NCBI GenBank assembly: GCA_965217115.1
Contig: OZ244239.1
Span: 416,001 to 480,000 of the forward strand
Direction of reading: 5' to 3'
Source of the DNA: Bdellovibrionales bacterium
GTDB lineage: Bacteria > Bdellovibrionota > Bdellovibrionia > Bdellovibrionales > CAYMLA01
DNA: 64,000 nucleotides
Shown here: positions 30,149-40,294 of the stretch, one piece after another
Position numbering within the stretch: the first letter of the stretch is position 1
Layout of the letters: each line of letters opens with the position of its first letter
The notes under the pieces: generated by a model
The model's database searches: none
The model's input: only the letters and a program-made list of their open reading frames with translations
Told to the model about the DNA's origin: nothing
Program-made: the position numbers and the translations under genes

Positions 30149-30958
30149 GTGAACTCTCTACAAGACACAATCGAAACAGCTTTTAACAAAGAGTCACTCT
30201 CCCCCCAAGATATAGAATCTGTCCAATCAGTCTTGGCAGCTTTAAATAATGGAACTCTGCGTGTTTGTGAAAAAAGAGATGACCAGTGGACTATCAACGA
30301 GTGGACTAAAAAGGCGATCTTACTTTATTTTCGTATACAGAAAATGACTATTATCCAAGCTGGAGATCTGCAGTTCTTTGATAAAATCCCTTTAAAGAGA
30401 TGGACTGAGCATGACGGTGTTCGTGTCGCCCCCCATGCCTTGGCCCGTTATGGCAGTCATGTGGAGGCTGGAGCTGTGCTTATGCCGTCCTATGTCAACA
30501 TCGGAGCCTATGTGGGAAGTGGCAGTCTTATTGATACTTGGGCCACGATAGGCTCTTGCGCCCAAGTTGGCAAAAACGTTCACATCTCTGGAGGGGTTGG
30601 TTTAGGAGGAGTCATGGAACCCCTGCAAGCCAGACCTGTCATCATTGAAGACGATGTTTTTATTGGCAGCCGCTGTATCATTGTCGAAGGAACTATTATT
30701 GAATCAAAAGCCGTCTTAGGAGCGGGGGTCACAATAACAGCCAGCACTAAGATTATTGACGTTACAAAGAGCGAACCCGAAATCCATCAAGGCCGTGTGC
30801 CCGCCAACTCCGTTGTGATTCCTGGAGTCACCAACAAAAAATTTCCCTCTGGAGAATACGGCGTCTCTGCCGCTCTCATCATTGGTCAGCGCAAGGCGAG
30901 CACAGATATTAAAACATCTTTAAACAATGCCCTCAGAGAGCATAATGTCTCTGTTTAG
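30149..30958 (+). CDS. dapD: Tetrahydrodipicolinate N-succinyltransferase
   Basis: KKAILLYFR, FDKIPLK, LMPSYVNIGAYV, DTWATIGSCAQVG, EPLQA. Confidence 0.96.
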   Translation: MNSLQDTIETAFNKESLSPQDIESVQSVLAALNNGTLRVCEKRDDQWTINEWTKKAILLYFRIQKMTIIQAGDLQFFDKIPLKRWTEHDGVRVAPHALARYGSHVEAGAVLMPSYVNIGAYVGSGSLIDTWATIGSCAQVGKNVHISGGVGLGGVMEPLQARPVIIEDDVFIGSRCIIVEGTIIESKAVLGAGVTITASTKIIDVTKSEPEIHQGRVPANSVVIPGVTNKKFPSGEYGVSAALIIGQRKASTDIKTSLNNALREHNVSV

Positions 30959-31131
30959 CAAGCCCCTGTAAGCACTGCCTTGTGAGTCTTTAAAAAGGTC
31001 TTCTTTGAGGACAGATTTAAATAGCTTCCCTTTTTTTATTCCACTCTTTAGTTGTCTTGCTATATAGGGCCTTTTTCTGGTATGCATGTCTAAGTTCAAA
31101 CGATCTACAAAGTCCTCTTTTGAACACAAAT

Positions 31132-31218
31132 GCGCCAGTGCTGGAATTGGTAGACAGGCTGGTTTGAGGGATCAGTGCTCGTAAGGGCGTGGAGGTTCAA
31201 GTCCTCTCTGGCGCACCA
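31132..31218 (+). tRNA. tRNA-Leu(GAG)
   Basis: Acceptor stem GCGCCAG/CTGGCGC, anticodon loop TTGAGGG, long variable arm, GGTTCAAGTCC, encoded CCA. Confidence 0.96.
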
Positions 31219-31408
31219 TTCATCAAGCTATTCGAAATGAAGAGGCACAAATAGTTACCTTCAGGAGACCAACCAAAACCGATCTCCTTTATTCTTCTGC
31301 CTGTGGCAGTCGTTAAGCCGTACAACTAAACTACTGCCCCAGGAAAAGCCTCTTTTAAAGGTTCTTTATGACAAACAATAGTGGAGCCAGTTTTTTCTGA
31401 TGAGCTGT

Positions 31409-31560
31409 TTTTTTTCTAGAGTCTCTCCCAAAAGAATCCAGCCCTTTTCTTGCTCAAACATCCGTTTGTCACCTTCCATTGCAGAAAAATGCAATGGAAG
31501 TCGCCAAGCCAAACTCGCCGAAAAGAACTGGATTCTTTTGGGAGAGACTCTAGAAAAAAA
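31409..31560. repeat. Long-hairpin element copy E (divergent)
   Basis: Perfect 33-bp inverted repeat (31409-31441 / 31528-31560); core GCTCAAACAT...AAACTCGC with a different apical stem CTTCCATTGCA/TGCAATGGAAG. Confidence 0.75.
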
Positions 31561-31952
31561 GGCCGTATTCAATCAATGAATCAATAGTGTTGGTTTAGAA
31601 ATAGGTCATTTATTCTGGACAAATTCCCTCGAAAGTTTAAAACGAAGAATAATAAACCTGGGTTGGTTTAGAAAACTATGCTCCGTTAACTAGACAGATT
31701 TCCTCTATTTCTATGGCTGACCTCCATGTATAACAACGCTGTTATCCATGGATAGTTTTAGAAAGAGAGCCCTCAAGATGAGTCTCTTGGGAACAGTTCC
31801 ACTATTTATCACAAAGAACCAATCAGAACGGCTACGAATCGCACCCCAGACATTTTCTCAGCAGAGAAATAGCTTGCTTAATAATAAATAGAATACTGGT
31901 GTGAATCACACTATGAATGTATCTAACTCGCTACAACAGGAGTATGGAGAAA

Positions 31953-32156
31953 CTACCTACAAGCACCTGTTAATTTACAATTTGGTATATATTTAGAAGA
32001 ATAAGGGTTTTGGTATTTAGAATAAGGATTCTGATACTTAGAATAAGGGTTGCACCTCTCTGTATAACAATTTACTTTCTTCGTATTTGAACTCCCATAC
32101 CCATAGCTTACTTGAGCACTTATCAGCACAACCAAAACAATCATCAAAGTTTTCAT
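31953..32156 (-). CDS. Small secreted Cys-containing peptide with NPYSKYQ repeats
   Basis: AAGGAG RBS, signal peptide, 4 Cys, 21-nt tandem repeat. Confidence 0.65.
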   Translation of the reverse strand: MKTLMIVLVVLISAQVSYGYGSSNTKKVNCYTERCNPYSKYQNPYSKYQNPYSSKYIPNCKLTGACR

Positions 32157-32415
32157 GCAAGAATCTCCTTTCTAAAAGGATTATTATAATGCAGTGCGCT
32201 ATAGCAATCAATGCTATTTATTCATATCTTTTTTTCAAATTCCAGGTTTTTATCAAGATACTGACGTTTTTATCGTGTGAATTTTCTCTTTAATTTCAGT
32301 GAGTTATGGATCACAGAGAAATATCATCAAGATCTTATCATATTAGGACACGATTGAGAGAATTTTATGAAAGAGAAAATTGCAATATCAGATGCTTTAA
32401 AAAGGAATTGAAATA

Positions 32416-33504
32416 ATGAGTGGATTATCAATTTCTGAAAAAAGACTCTTTGAAGATATTTTGGAAATGAGTTGTGGTTATGTTTTTGATTTCTCTAATG
32501 AGGATTTCCATGAGTTTTTTGAGACAGTCCTAAACATTGATATTTTCGATGAAAAGTACAATTTTAAAAGTGGCTCTAAGGCTAACCGAATGCGTGCTTT
32601 TTGGAATAATGAAAATGGACAATGTGTCGGTAAAGTACTTTTTGAGATGATTCAACTGATCGAGCTTGGCGACGAATATGACGAGAATAAAATAGAAAAA
32701 GCCAAAATAATAGTTCAAAGACTTCTTAGGGGGGAAACTAGGATAAACCATACAGATAGAAACTTGGAAGGGATTTGGCAACCAGGGAAGTTGAGAGTTT
32801 TTATTTCTCACAGAGATAGGTACAAGAAAGATGCTATGGCACTAGGAAAGAAACTTGAAGTTTTAGGAATTAGCTCATTTGTTGCCCACGAAACAATAAC
32901 TCCTACAACAAAATGGAAGGACGAAATCCATAAAGGTCTTGAGACTATGGATGCATGTATCGCCTTTCTTACCAGTGATTTTTATGAGAGTGAGTGGACA
33001 AATCAAGAACTGGGTTATGCATTATCCAGACAAGTTCCAGTATTCTTCTACAGTGTAGATAGGACTGACCCTAAAGGCTTTCATTTCGATATTCAAGCAA
33101 TAAAACAAGGGGAAGTTGCATTAATGTCTCATCTTAAAATACAGTTTAAAGGACATGAATATGTTAAAAATGCTCTTCTTGAGAGTTTTTACGCAGCAAT
33201 CAATGGAAGTTTCAATAATGCAAAGAACGCTTTGATACGAATCATAGGACTTGAACTATCAAATACTGAGATTGAAAAAATTGTGAGTTCAATTCAAAAT
33301 CCAACCAAACATCTTAATCATTTAAAGATTTTACTTCAAGATGATCCTATATCTGAAGGCTTAAAGACACAGTTTAAGTTTCAGGAAAACACTTACAAGG
33401 AATTACTGTTAAATAAAATTCTAAGCCAGTGCACAACAGGCAAATATAAGATTGAAGTTGATAACGACGATCGAAGAATAACAATTAACGAGGAGAACAT
33501 TTGA
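32416..33504 (+). CDS. AbiJ-N-terminal-like domain fused to a TIR domain
   Basis: N-terminal GYVFDFSN...SKANRMRAFW; TIR motifs VFISH, SFVAHE, W..EI, SEWTNQELGYA with the catalytic Glu position retained. Confidence 0.8.
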   Translation: MSGLSISEKRLFEDILEMSCGYVFDFSNEDFHEFFETVLNIDIFDEKYNFKSGSKANRMRAFWNNENGQCVGKVLFEMIQLIELGDEYDENKIEKAKIIVQRLLRGETRINHTDRNLEGIWQPGKLRVFISHRDRYKKDAMALGKKLEVLGISSFVAHETITPTTKWKDEIHKGLETMDACIAFLTSDFYESEWTNQELGYALSRQVPVFFYSVDRTDPKGFHFDIQAIKQGEVALMSHLKIQFKGHEYVKNALLESFYAAINGSFNNAKNALIRIIGLELSNTEIEKIVSSIQNPTKHLNHLKILLQDDPISEGLKTQFKFQENTYKELLLNKILSQCTTGKYKIEVDNDDRRITINEENI

Positions 33505-33556
33505 TATGTCTATTAAAATCAAAAATGGCTGTCTTATAGCATTGAGGAATAAATAG

Positions 33557-34366
33557 ATGCGCCATATTACTCAATGGCTCAGTCAATTATCTAATATAAC
33601 TACCAATGAAGGTAGAGACATTGAAATATATCACCTGAAGCACCAACAAGACCCAGTAATTCTTTCTAATTGGGCTAAACACTTTAGAGAGCACTATTGC
33701 CCTGATGATCTTATTGATGTCTTAACATCAGGGACTGGACTTTCGCGGAAAGACTATCTGGAACAAATGGTATTTCCTGATAAAACACTAGCTCTCGGCC
33801 CTTCAATTCGATCAGGTGATTTTGGAGAACTGTTGGTAGCCGATTATTTGCAATTTTCTTTAAACTATTGGGTTCCTCGAATCAGAATGGAGAGTAAGGC
33901 AGTAAGAAATGAGTCTGTAAAAGGTTGTGATGTTATTGGCTTTAAAATAGTAAGTCAGTGTAAAATATCAGCTGATGATGAATTAGCAATATATGAGTGT
34001 AAGGCTGCCTTATCGACAAGCAGCAAAGAGAATAGTCTCCAAAGAGCAATTGATGATTCCGCAAAAGATGCTTTAAGAAAAGCTGAAGCTTTAAATTTTT
34101 TAAAAAGAAGATTGATAGAGAAATCAGATCAAATGTGGAAAACTGTTGAACGATTCCAAAACCCTGAAGATGATTCATACAAAGAAGCAAATGGCGCTGC
34201 TGCAATTTTATCAACTAATATTTTTGAGCAGATGCATGGAAAGTTTACTTCAACAAAAGGAAATCAACATCCCAACTCTTCGAGACTAAAACTTCTAATT
34301 ATACATGGCGATAATCTGATGCAATTTGTGCATGCACTGTATGAAAGGGCTGCTAATGAAGCCTAG
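33557..34366 (+). CDS. hamA: Hachiman nuclease HamA (DUF1837-like)
   Basis: RSGDFGELLVADYL, GCDVIGF, ECKA (PD-(D/E)xK-type); overlaps the start of the helicase. Confidence 0.8.
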   Translation: MRHITQWLSQLSNITTNEGRDIEIYHLKHQQDPVILSNWAKHFREHYCPDDLIDVLTSGTGLSRKDYLEQMVFPDKTLALGPSIRSGDFGELLVADYLQFSLNYWVPRIRMESKAVRNESVKGCDVIGFKIVSQCKISADDELAIYECKAALSTSSKENSLQRAIDDSAKDALRKAEALNFLKRRLIEKSDQMWKTVERFQNPEDDSYKEANGAAAILSTNIFEQMHGKFTSTKGNQHPNSSRLKLLIIHGDNLMQFVHALYERAANEA

Positions 34367-37300
34367 AGAAAACTCCAAAAATCTCCTTGGCGTAACAAGG
34401 TCAAAAGCAAAAATGTATGAATACTCAGTACCTGAAGATCACCATATCAAAATAACAAGAGATCCTTCTCATCTTTTCCCAATATCATTTGCTCTTTTAG
34501 GAGATGTTGCAGCTGATTTATGTCGCCCTAATGCCGATCAAGAGACCTTAAAAAACAATATAACCGAGTTAGCTTTTTCAGCTCTTTTTTTTGACTCCTA
34601 TACACAAACTTATCTCAATGATGAATTGGATGAATACTTATCTTTACTGGCGGCGGCTGCATATTACCTTTGTGATTTGCCAGGCAGTACAACGGCAATT
34701 TTAAATAGAATGCCAGAGATATCTAACGATAACTATTCTGGTGAACTTGAAAGATTTCTCTTCTGGCTTCTTAAATCAGACTTTGAAGTAGGTTTTGAAT
34801 TTGGAGATACTATTTGTAAAAAAGAGTTCTCTCAACTCAAAGACCTAATTCGTGACTATTTTACAGGTAAAACTTCATGGCAAAATGTTTTAAATTTTGT
34901 TCCAACTATAAGGAGCAAAATTTATGACATAGGCTCGCCAAGAGATTTATTGCTTACAGACATTTCCTTAGCAGTTTTACTTCTTAAAATTAGAAACTCA
35001 ACTAGAACACTTCTTCCTCAATATACAGATTTAGATATTTCAACTTGGAATACCATTCTTTCTCAAAGTTCGTTTATTAAAGAATTGTGGCCATCACAAA
35101 GACTTTTAGGGAAAAAAAATGTTTTCAAAGGAGCTTCAGCCGTTATTCAAATGCCTACAAGTGCAGGGAAATCCAAGTCTATTGAGTTGATAATTCGCTC
35201 TGCTTTTCTTTCTGGGCGAACTAAAACTTGTGTCGTTGTTGCACCTTTTAGAGCCTTGTGCAGAGAAATTACAGAAAACTTGGCTAATGCTTTCAATGGT
35301 GAATCCATTAACATAAATGAATTAAGCGATGTATTTCAGAAAGACTTTGATGCAGAGAATCTTGTAAATGAATCTTCATTCCAGATTCTTTCTGTGACTC
35401 CTGAGAAATTAGTGTATGTACTACGACAAACACCTGACCTAGCTGAAAAAATAGGACTGTTAATTTTCGATGAAGGCCATCAATTCGATAACGGCACTCG
35501 TGGTGTTACTTATGAGTTACTAATTACTAGCTTAAAATCGCTTTTACCTCATGATGTACAGATGATTTTGATTTCTGCTGTCATTTCAAATGCTGAAGCA
35601 ATTGCAAGTTGGCTTTTGGGTGAAAGATCGCAAGTTATTAAGGACTCAAGTCTAGTTACAACATTTAGAACTATAGGTTTTTCAACCTGGACAACATCTC
35701 AAGGCCAGATTCAATACGTTAAGCCTAACGACATAGATCAAAATGAGTTTTTTGTACCTAGAGTTATTGAACGCCAAAACTTAGCAAAACGTGGTAGAGA
35801 GAGTAAAATTAGACAGTTCCCCCGCTTAAATGATGGGAAAACAGTAGCTGCCCATTTAGGGATAAAGCTTGTTAAAAATGGTGGAGTCGCAATTTTCTGT
35901 GGAGTTAAATCAACAGCAACAAATTTAGCTAATGACATAATTAAAGCGTTTGATCGTAGCTATTCTATGGAACCACCTTTGAATTTTTCGGATCAGTTGG
36001 AACTTACGAAAATTTCGTTTTTGTTTGAAGAGCACTTTGGTGCCAGTTCAGTTGAATGTAAGGCCGCGAAATATGGTGTTTTAACTCATCATGCAGGAAT
36101 TCCCCATGGGTTACGTTTGGCCACAGAAAATGCTCTTCGTGAGGGACACGCTAAATTTATAATTTGTACTTCTACTCTCGCTCAAGGAGTTAATCTTCCA
36201 ATAAAATACTTATTGTTCACAAATATTTATCAAGCAGGTGAAAAATTAAGCGTTAGAAATTTTCATAACCTTATCGGTCGGGCTGGTCGTTCAGGTCTTC
36301 AAACAGAAGGAACGATTATATTTGCTGACCCCGAAGTGTATGATAAACGCTCTAACCAAAGCTTTCAATCAATAAGAGAGTTGTTTGACTCTTCTAAGAC
36401 AGAACCTTGTACAAGTAGTTTATTAAGTATTTTTGCTCCGATACGCAGTTCTGATAAAAAGCTGGATTTAAATATCAGTGAAACAGATATCCTAAATATA
36501 TTAGAAAAATTTTATAAAGATGAAGCGTCTTTGAATACCTTGATCTCAGATATTGACAAACAATCAAAAGACAACAACTTTAATGAGAAAACTGTGCGTG
36601 CTCAATTTAAGTATAAATTAAAAATAGCAAGTTCAATTGAAGGATACTTAATTTCTACACTCGAAGGCACAGAGGAAGATAGAAGAGATTTGCTCTGTTC
36701 GGAACTGGCAAAAAGAACTTTAGCTTATCATTTGGCAAGTGCCGAACAAAAGCTTTTGTTGGAAAAACTATTCAGTATTATTAGTAAAAATATTGACGAC
36801 AAAGTTCCTTCTGAAATCAAGAAAGCAAGCTATAGTAGAGCTTTGACAGGGATTGCTGAGATGATTGAAATTGAAAAATGGGTTGAGGAAAACGCTTACC
36901 CTATTACATTATCTTCTGACGATGATAACTCACTATTTGAAGTTCTTTATCCCGTTATTGAAAAGTATTTAAATGGAGATACTTTAAAAAAAATATTTCC
37001 AGAAGGTCAAAGGAGCCCATTGGCGTTGAGTTGGGTTTCTGGTTCTTCTTACTATGAAATGTTATCTCATCTGTTGAGTAATAAATCTTGGCTTCAAGCA
37101 GGCTCCCAAAAGCGCAGAATACAATTATCTCACATAGTTGATATCTGCGATAGACAACTTGCCTTCGACGGAATGTTGACTCTTGGAGCAATTGCTGAAA
37201 TTTTGGAGTCTGACCCTGACTTCACGAATACAACTATTCCTAAATCTGTTCGTTTACTTCAGAAAAGAATTAAATATGGACTACCTGATAAACTTTCTGT

Positions 37301-37496
37301 TAGGGTCTTTGAACTGGGTTTTTCCGATCGAGTAATCGCACAAAAATTAGGAAATTATTTAGAACAAAAGAATGTTCGAAATAACTTTATGCTTACCCAA
37401 GAAATTAAAAAAAATATTGATGAAATAAGAAGTATTCTATTGCCTTATCCATCTTACTTTTTAGGTGTTTTAGATAAATTTTTGGTTGATGACTAA
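34356..37496 (+). CDS. hamB: Hachiman SF2 (Ski2-like) helicase HamB
   Basis: MPTSAGKS, TPEK, DEGH, ISAV, HHAG, TSTLAQGVNLP, GRAGR; long helical N-terminus. Confidence 0.85.
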   Translation: MKPRENSKNLLGVTRSKAKMYEYSVPEDHHIKITRDPSHLFPISFALLGDVAADLCRPNADQETLKNNITELAFSALFFDSYTQTYLNDELDEYLSLLAAAAYYLCDLPGSTTAILNRMPEISNDNYSGELERFLFWLLKSDFEVGFEFGDTICKKEFSQLKDLIRDYFTGKTSWQNVLNFVPTIRSKIYDIGSPRDLLLTDISLAVLLLKIRNSTRTLLPQYTDLDISTWNTILSQSSFIKELWPSQRLLGKKNVFKGASAVIQMPTSAGKSKSIELIIRSAFLSGRTKTCVVVAPFRALCREITENLANAFNGESININELSDVFQKDFDAENLVNESSFQILSVTPEKLVYVLRQTPDLAEKIGLLIFDEGHQFDNGTRGVTYELLITSLKSLLPHDVQMILISAVISNAEAIASWLLGERSQVIKDSSLVTTFRTIGFSTWTTSQGQIQYVKPNDIDQNEFFVPRVIERQNLAKRGRESKIRQFPRLNDGKTVAAHLGIKLVKNGGVAIFCGVKSTATNLANDIIKAFDRSYSMEPPLNFSDQLELTKISFLFEEHFGASSVECKAAKYGVLTHHAGIPHGLRLATENALREGHAKFIICTSTLAQGVNLPIKYLLFTNIYQAGEKLSVRNFHNLIGRAGRSGLQTEGTIIFADPEVYDKRSNQSFQSIRELFDSSKTEPCTSSLLSIFAPIRSSDKKLDLNISETDILNILEKFYKDEASLNTLISDIDKQSKDNNFNEKTVRAQFKYKLKIASSIEGYLISTLEGTEEDRRDLLCSELAKRTLAYHLASAEQKLLLEKLFSIISKNIDDKVPSEIKKASYSRALTGIAEMIEIEKWVEENAYPITLSSDDDNSLFEVLYPVIEKYLNGDTLKKIFPEGQRSPLALSWVSGSSYYEMLSHLLSNKSWLQAGSQKRRIQLSHIVDICDRQLAFDGMLTLGAIAEILESDPDFTNTTIPKSVRLLQKRIKYGLPDKLSVRVFELGFSDRVIAQKLGNYLEQKNVRNNFMLTQEIKKNIDEIRSILLPYPSYFLGVLDKFLVDD

Positions 37497-37511
37497 ATTT
37501 TGGAGCTTTGA

Positions 37512-38342
37512 GTGAATAAAAAGATTAATCCTTTTGAGAGAAAAACAGCTGCTGATCAAGAAGAGTTTAAAAGCCACGAAGTCTTTTTTGAGTTAGAAAA
37601 ACTTCAATCTTTTTATGATTTATTTTCGCTGTCAATCATGAATTTTATGACTGTCGGAACTCGATCAATTATCAATATTGACAGCTACCTTTATTCCTCC
37701 ATTCAAGGAACACTAGAGTCTATAGGAATGATTCTAAAAAAAGGTCGTCTTGGAGATGCCTTTTCATTGCTAAGAAAATATCATGATTCGGTTATTCTTA
37801 ATGTTTATACAAATATTTATTTGGCAAATAATCATGATCTATCCACGAGGCTCATAGTTGAGGAGATTACTGATTGGCTGAATGGGAAAAAGAAATTACC
37901 TCATAATACTTATGGATCAATGTCTGAGTATATTGAAAGATCAGAGAAATTAAAAGATATTTTCTCTATTCTTAGCAAGGACAAGAGCTATCGCTTAACA
38001 AGACAAAGGTGTAACGATCACACACATTACAATTATTTTAGCAATGTTTTGGTTAATGACAATCAGGTTCATTTTCCAAAACGAATAGAGCTTTTGAATA
38101 CCTTTAAAGGAGATTTGGGAAACATAGCTCTCTTGCATTTGTCATGTATATTTAAGCTCAACGATCATTATATGATGTCTAGTGACTATATAGATTATCT
38201 TGAGATGGGGATGACACCTGAGTCTAACTCCCAGTACTGGGTTGCACCTTTCGTGCAGTCTGTATTTACAGAGCTGATTGAAAAGTATCAGCCTGAAATC
38301 GCCAAACTTATAAAAAAAGAGTCTTCTATGAAGCTTTCATAA
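37512..38342 (+). CDS. Hypothetical protein, possibly HEPN-like
   Basis: Helical-looking; DAFSLLRK and RQRCNDHTH (Rx4-6H-like); starts 15 bp after hamB. Confidence 0.5.
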   Translation: MNKKINPFERKTAADQEEFKSHEVFFELEKLQSFYDLFSLSIMNFMTVGTRSIINIDSYLYSSIQGTLESIGMILKKGRLGDAFSLLRKYHDSVILNVYTNIYLANNHDLSTRLIVEEITDWLNGKKKLPHNTYGSMSEYIERSEKLKDIFSILSKDKSYRLTRQRCNDHTHYNYFSNVLVNDNQVHFPKRIELLNTFKGDLGNIALLHLSCIFKLNDHYMMSSDYIDYLEMGMTPESNSQYWVAPFVQSVFTELIEKYQPEIAKLIKKESSMKLS

Positions 38343-38433
38343 ATTCTAATCTCATAGTTACTACAACATTTTGAATGGAGCAACGCCACAGCAGCTCAAC
38401 TATAAAAAAAGCTAGTCCATCAATAACTTTGTG

Positions 38434-38502
38434 TAACTCATCAGACCTGTTTTATGAGCATCTACGTCTTCACTGACAAGATCTTGTGACATTCCGTAGA
38501 TG
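38434..38502. repeat. 69-bp dispersed repeat, copy 1
   Basis: 63/69 identical to 45727-45795 by manual alignment. Confidence 0.9.
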
Positions 38503-39099
38503 CCTGAGCTAAACGCCAAGAAGATAAAGCAAGGCGTTATCGCCTTGTCGGTGAGCTTGGTTCCAGTCAAATCCGCTTAGGTGCGGAAAAGGATTTTTAC
38601 CACCTCAGATTCAGCAGTGATTTCAGAGGAATGAGATAATTCTTCTAAAATTGCAGTTCCAAACTCACTTACTAGGGCGCACCATTCATCAAGGTATCTG
38701 GTGTTGCATTAAACATAATGCTCTTTAAACTATTTAGGAATACGGAATAAGATTTAACCTTTGATTATCTTGCAAAGAGGATTGAATTTGATTTCTCCTT
38801 GATAGAATTAGCAGCAAGCAGCAACGGCGGTTTCCCCCAACAGGCTCAAGACTTCTTGTTTTCCGTCAGAAAAAATAGAGTTTAGTAAATATTACCCATT
38901 TAAAATATTTAATTGTAAACTTATAACATATTGATTTTAAAGGTATTAATTGAATAATTAGCAATTATATTAATTTATAGGCAGTTTTTAAAAACAAATA
39001 CCTAGGCAGATAACACCTAGCGCCATAGTGTTCGCTCTAAATAGACACAGTCTAACTTCTATATCGGTTAGATCAAACTAGAAACAGGAGAACTTAGCG

Positions 39100-40275
39100 A
39101 TGAAAAAGAGGACACTATTGTACCCATTATTAGTTTTATTATTATCCAATTTCAGCTATGCCAAAGATTGGAATAATAGAGGACGAAACTCTGATCAAGA
39201 GGAAGACAGTTCTTATCAAAAACAATCAGACTCAAACAGCGGATGCTTTTTAGGGTTATTTTGTTCTGATAATGCTAATTCTGATAATAATTCTGATGAA
39301 GTCGGCCCTATGGAAATTCCCGTAATTAATCAAGGGCTGTCAGCAAAAATAGCCCCCGCTTTTGAAAAAGCAAAAGATGAGCTTCGTGCTGTTGAAAAGA
39401 TTTATGACGATGGAGATTACGGCAAAGCATTGAGAGTCTCTAAAGATTTATTAGATCAAATTAAATCTAAGACAGGAATAAATCCGAAAGCTAAATTTCG
39501 TGAAAAAATACTTGTAAAAGGGATTTTCACTAGAGGCTCGAAAAATGAACTAAAAACTAATTTTGTAAACCTAAGGAATGAGCAGAAAGAAGCTCTAGCT
39601 GAGGCTGTGAATAACCATCTTGGCGGTTTTTACCTAGATCTTTTGAACCTTTATAAAAGAACGACACTTATTTATATTAAGTCTTTTTATCAAAAAATTA
39701 AACAGATGGGCGATTTAAGGCAAAGAGATATCGATAAGATCAAGAGAGATTTAGCTCTTATTCATGATATTAGCATCTTAGTTAAAGATCAGAACCTACA
39801 ATCTTCTTTTATCTTGTTTGACAGTGATGTCGCTGATTCAGATCAGCAGTATTTTTTCAATAGAGAGCTTGTTGATTTTATTTTGGAAGTGAAAGAAATT
39901 AGCTTTGATGAGAAAGCTTTTTCTCAGTTCTCATTACTTTTAAAAAATTCAGAGTTAGATCAATACAGAGCAGGCTTACTACCTGAGCCTTTAAGTGCTG
40001 TAGAGAAAAGAGCCCAGGTTAGATTGGAAAAGGCACGTGAAAAGGCACATGGTTATGCAAGGTGCAAAGACGCAGCCAGTTTGTTCTCTAACAACCCGAA
40101 AAATGAAGCACCACAAGCAAAAAAAAGGAGAAGTTGTTTTTATAAATACAAAAATACAGCAAATCTCAGCTTCACAGAATGTATGTCTATGGCTTCGTAT
40201 TTCTCTAACAACCCGAAAAATGGAGCACCACAGGCATATGAATCAGTAAAGTGTCATGATGCTTATTATAAATAA
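39100..40275 (+). CDS. Secreted hypothetical protein with duplicated C-terminal Cys motif
   Basis: AGGAG RBS, signal peptide, two FSNNPKNxAPQA repeats. Confidence 0.75.
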   Translation: MKKRTLLYPLLVLLLSNFSYAKDWNNRGRNSDQEEDSSYQKQSDSNSGCFLGLFCSDNANSDNNSDEVGPMEIPVINQGLSAKIAPAFEKAKDELRAVEKIYDDGDYGKALRVSKDLLDQIKSKTGINPKAKFREKILVKGIFTRGSKNELKTNFVNLRNEQKEALAEAVNNHLGGFYLDLLNLYKRTTLIYIKSFYQKIKQMGDLRQRDIDKIKRDLALIHDISILVKDQNLQSSFILFDSDVADSDQQYFFNRELVDFILEVKEISFDEKAFSQFSLLLKNSELDQYRAGLLPEPLSAVEKRAQVRLEKAREKAHGYARCKDAASLFSNNPKNEAPQAKKRRSCFYKYKNTANLSFTECMSMASYFSNNPKNGAPQAYESVKCHDAYYK

Positions 40276-40294
40276 ATTTAAAAGGAGAGTTAAA

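Larger units (their letters stand above)
31210..38693. mobile_element. Genomic island integrated at tRNA-Leu; no integrase seen inside
   Basis: 18-bp direct repeat GGCGCACCATTCATCAAG at 31210-31227 (tRNA 3' end) and 38676-38693; visibly AT-richer; defence cargo. Confidence 0.85.

Noticed and set aside
32416..33504. Thoeris system
   Set aside because: TIR is present but no ThsA-type (SIR2/Macro/SLOG) partner is adjacent.
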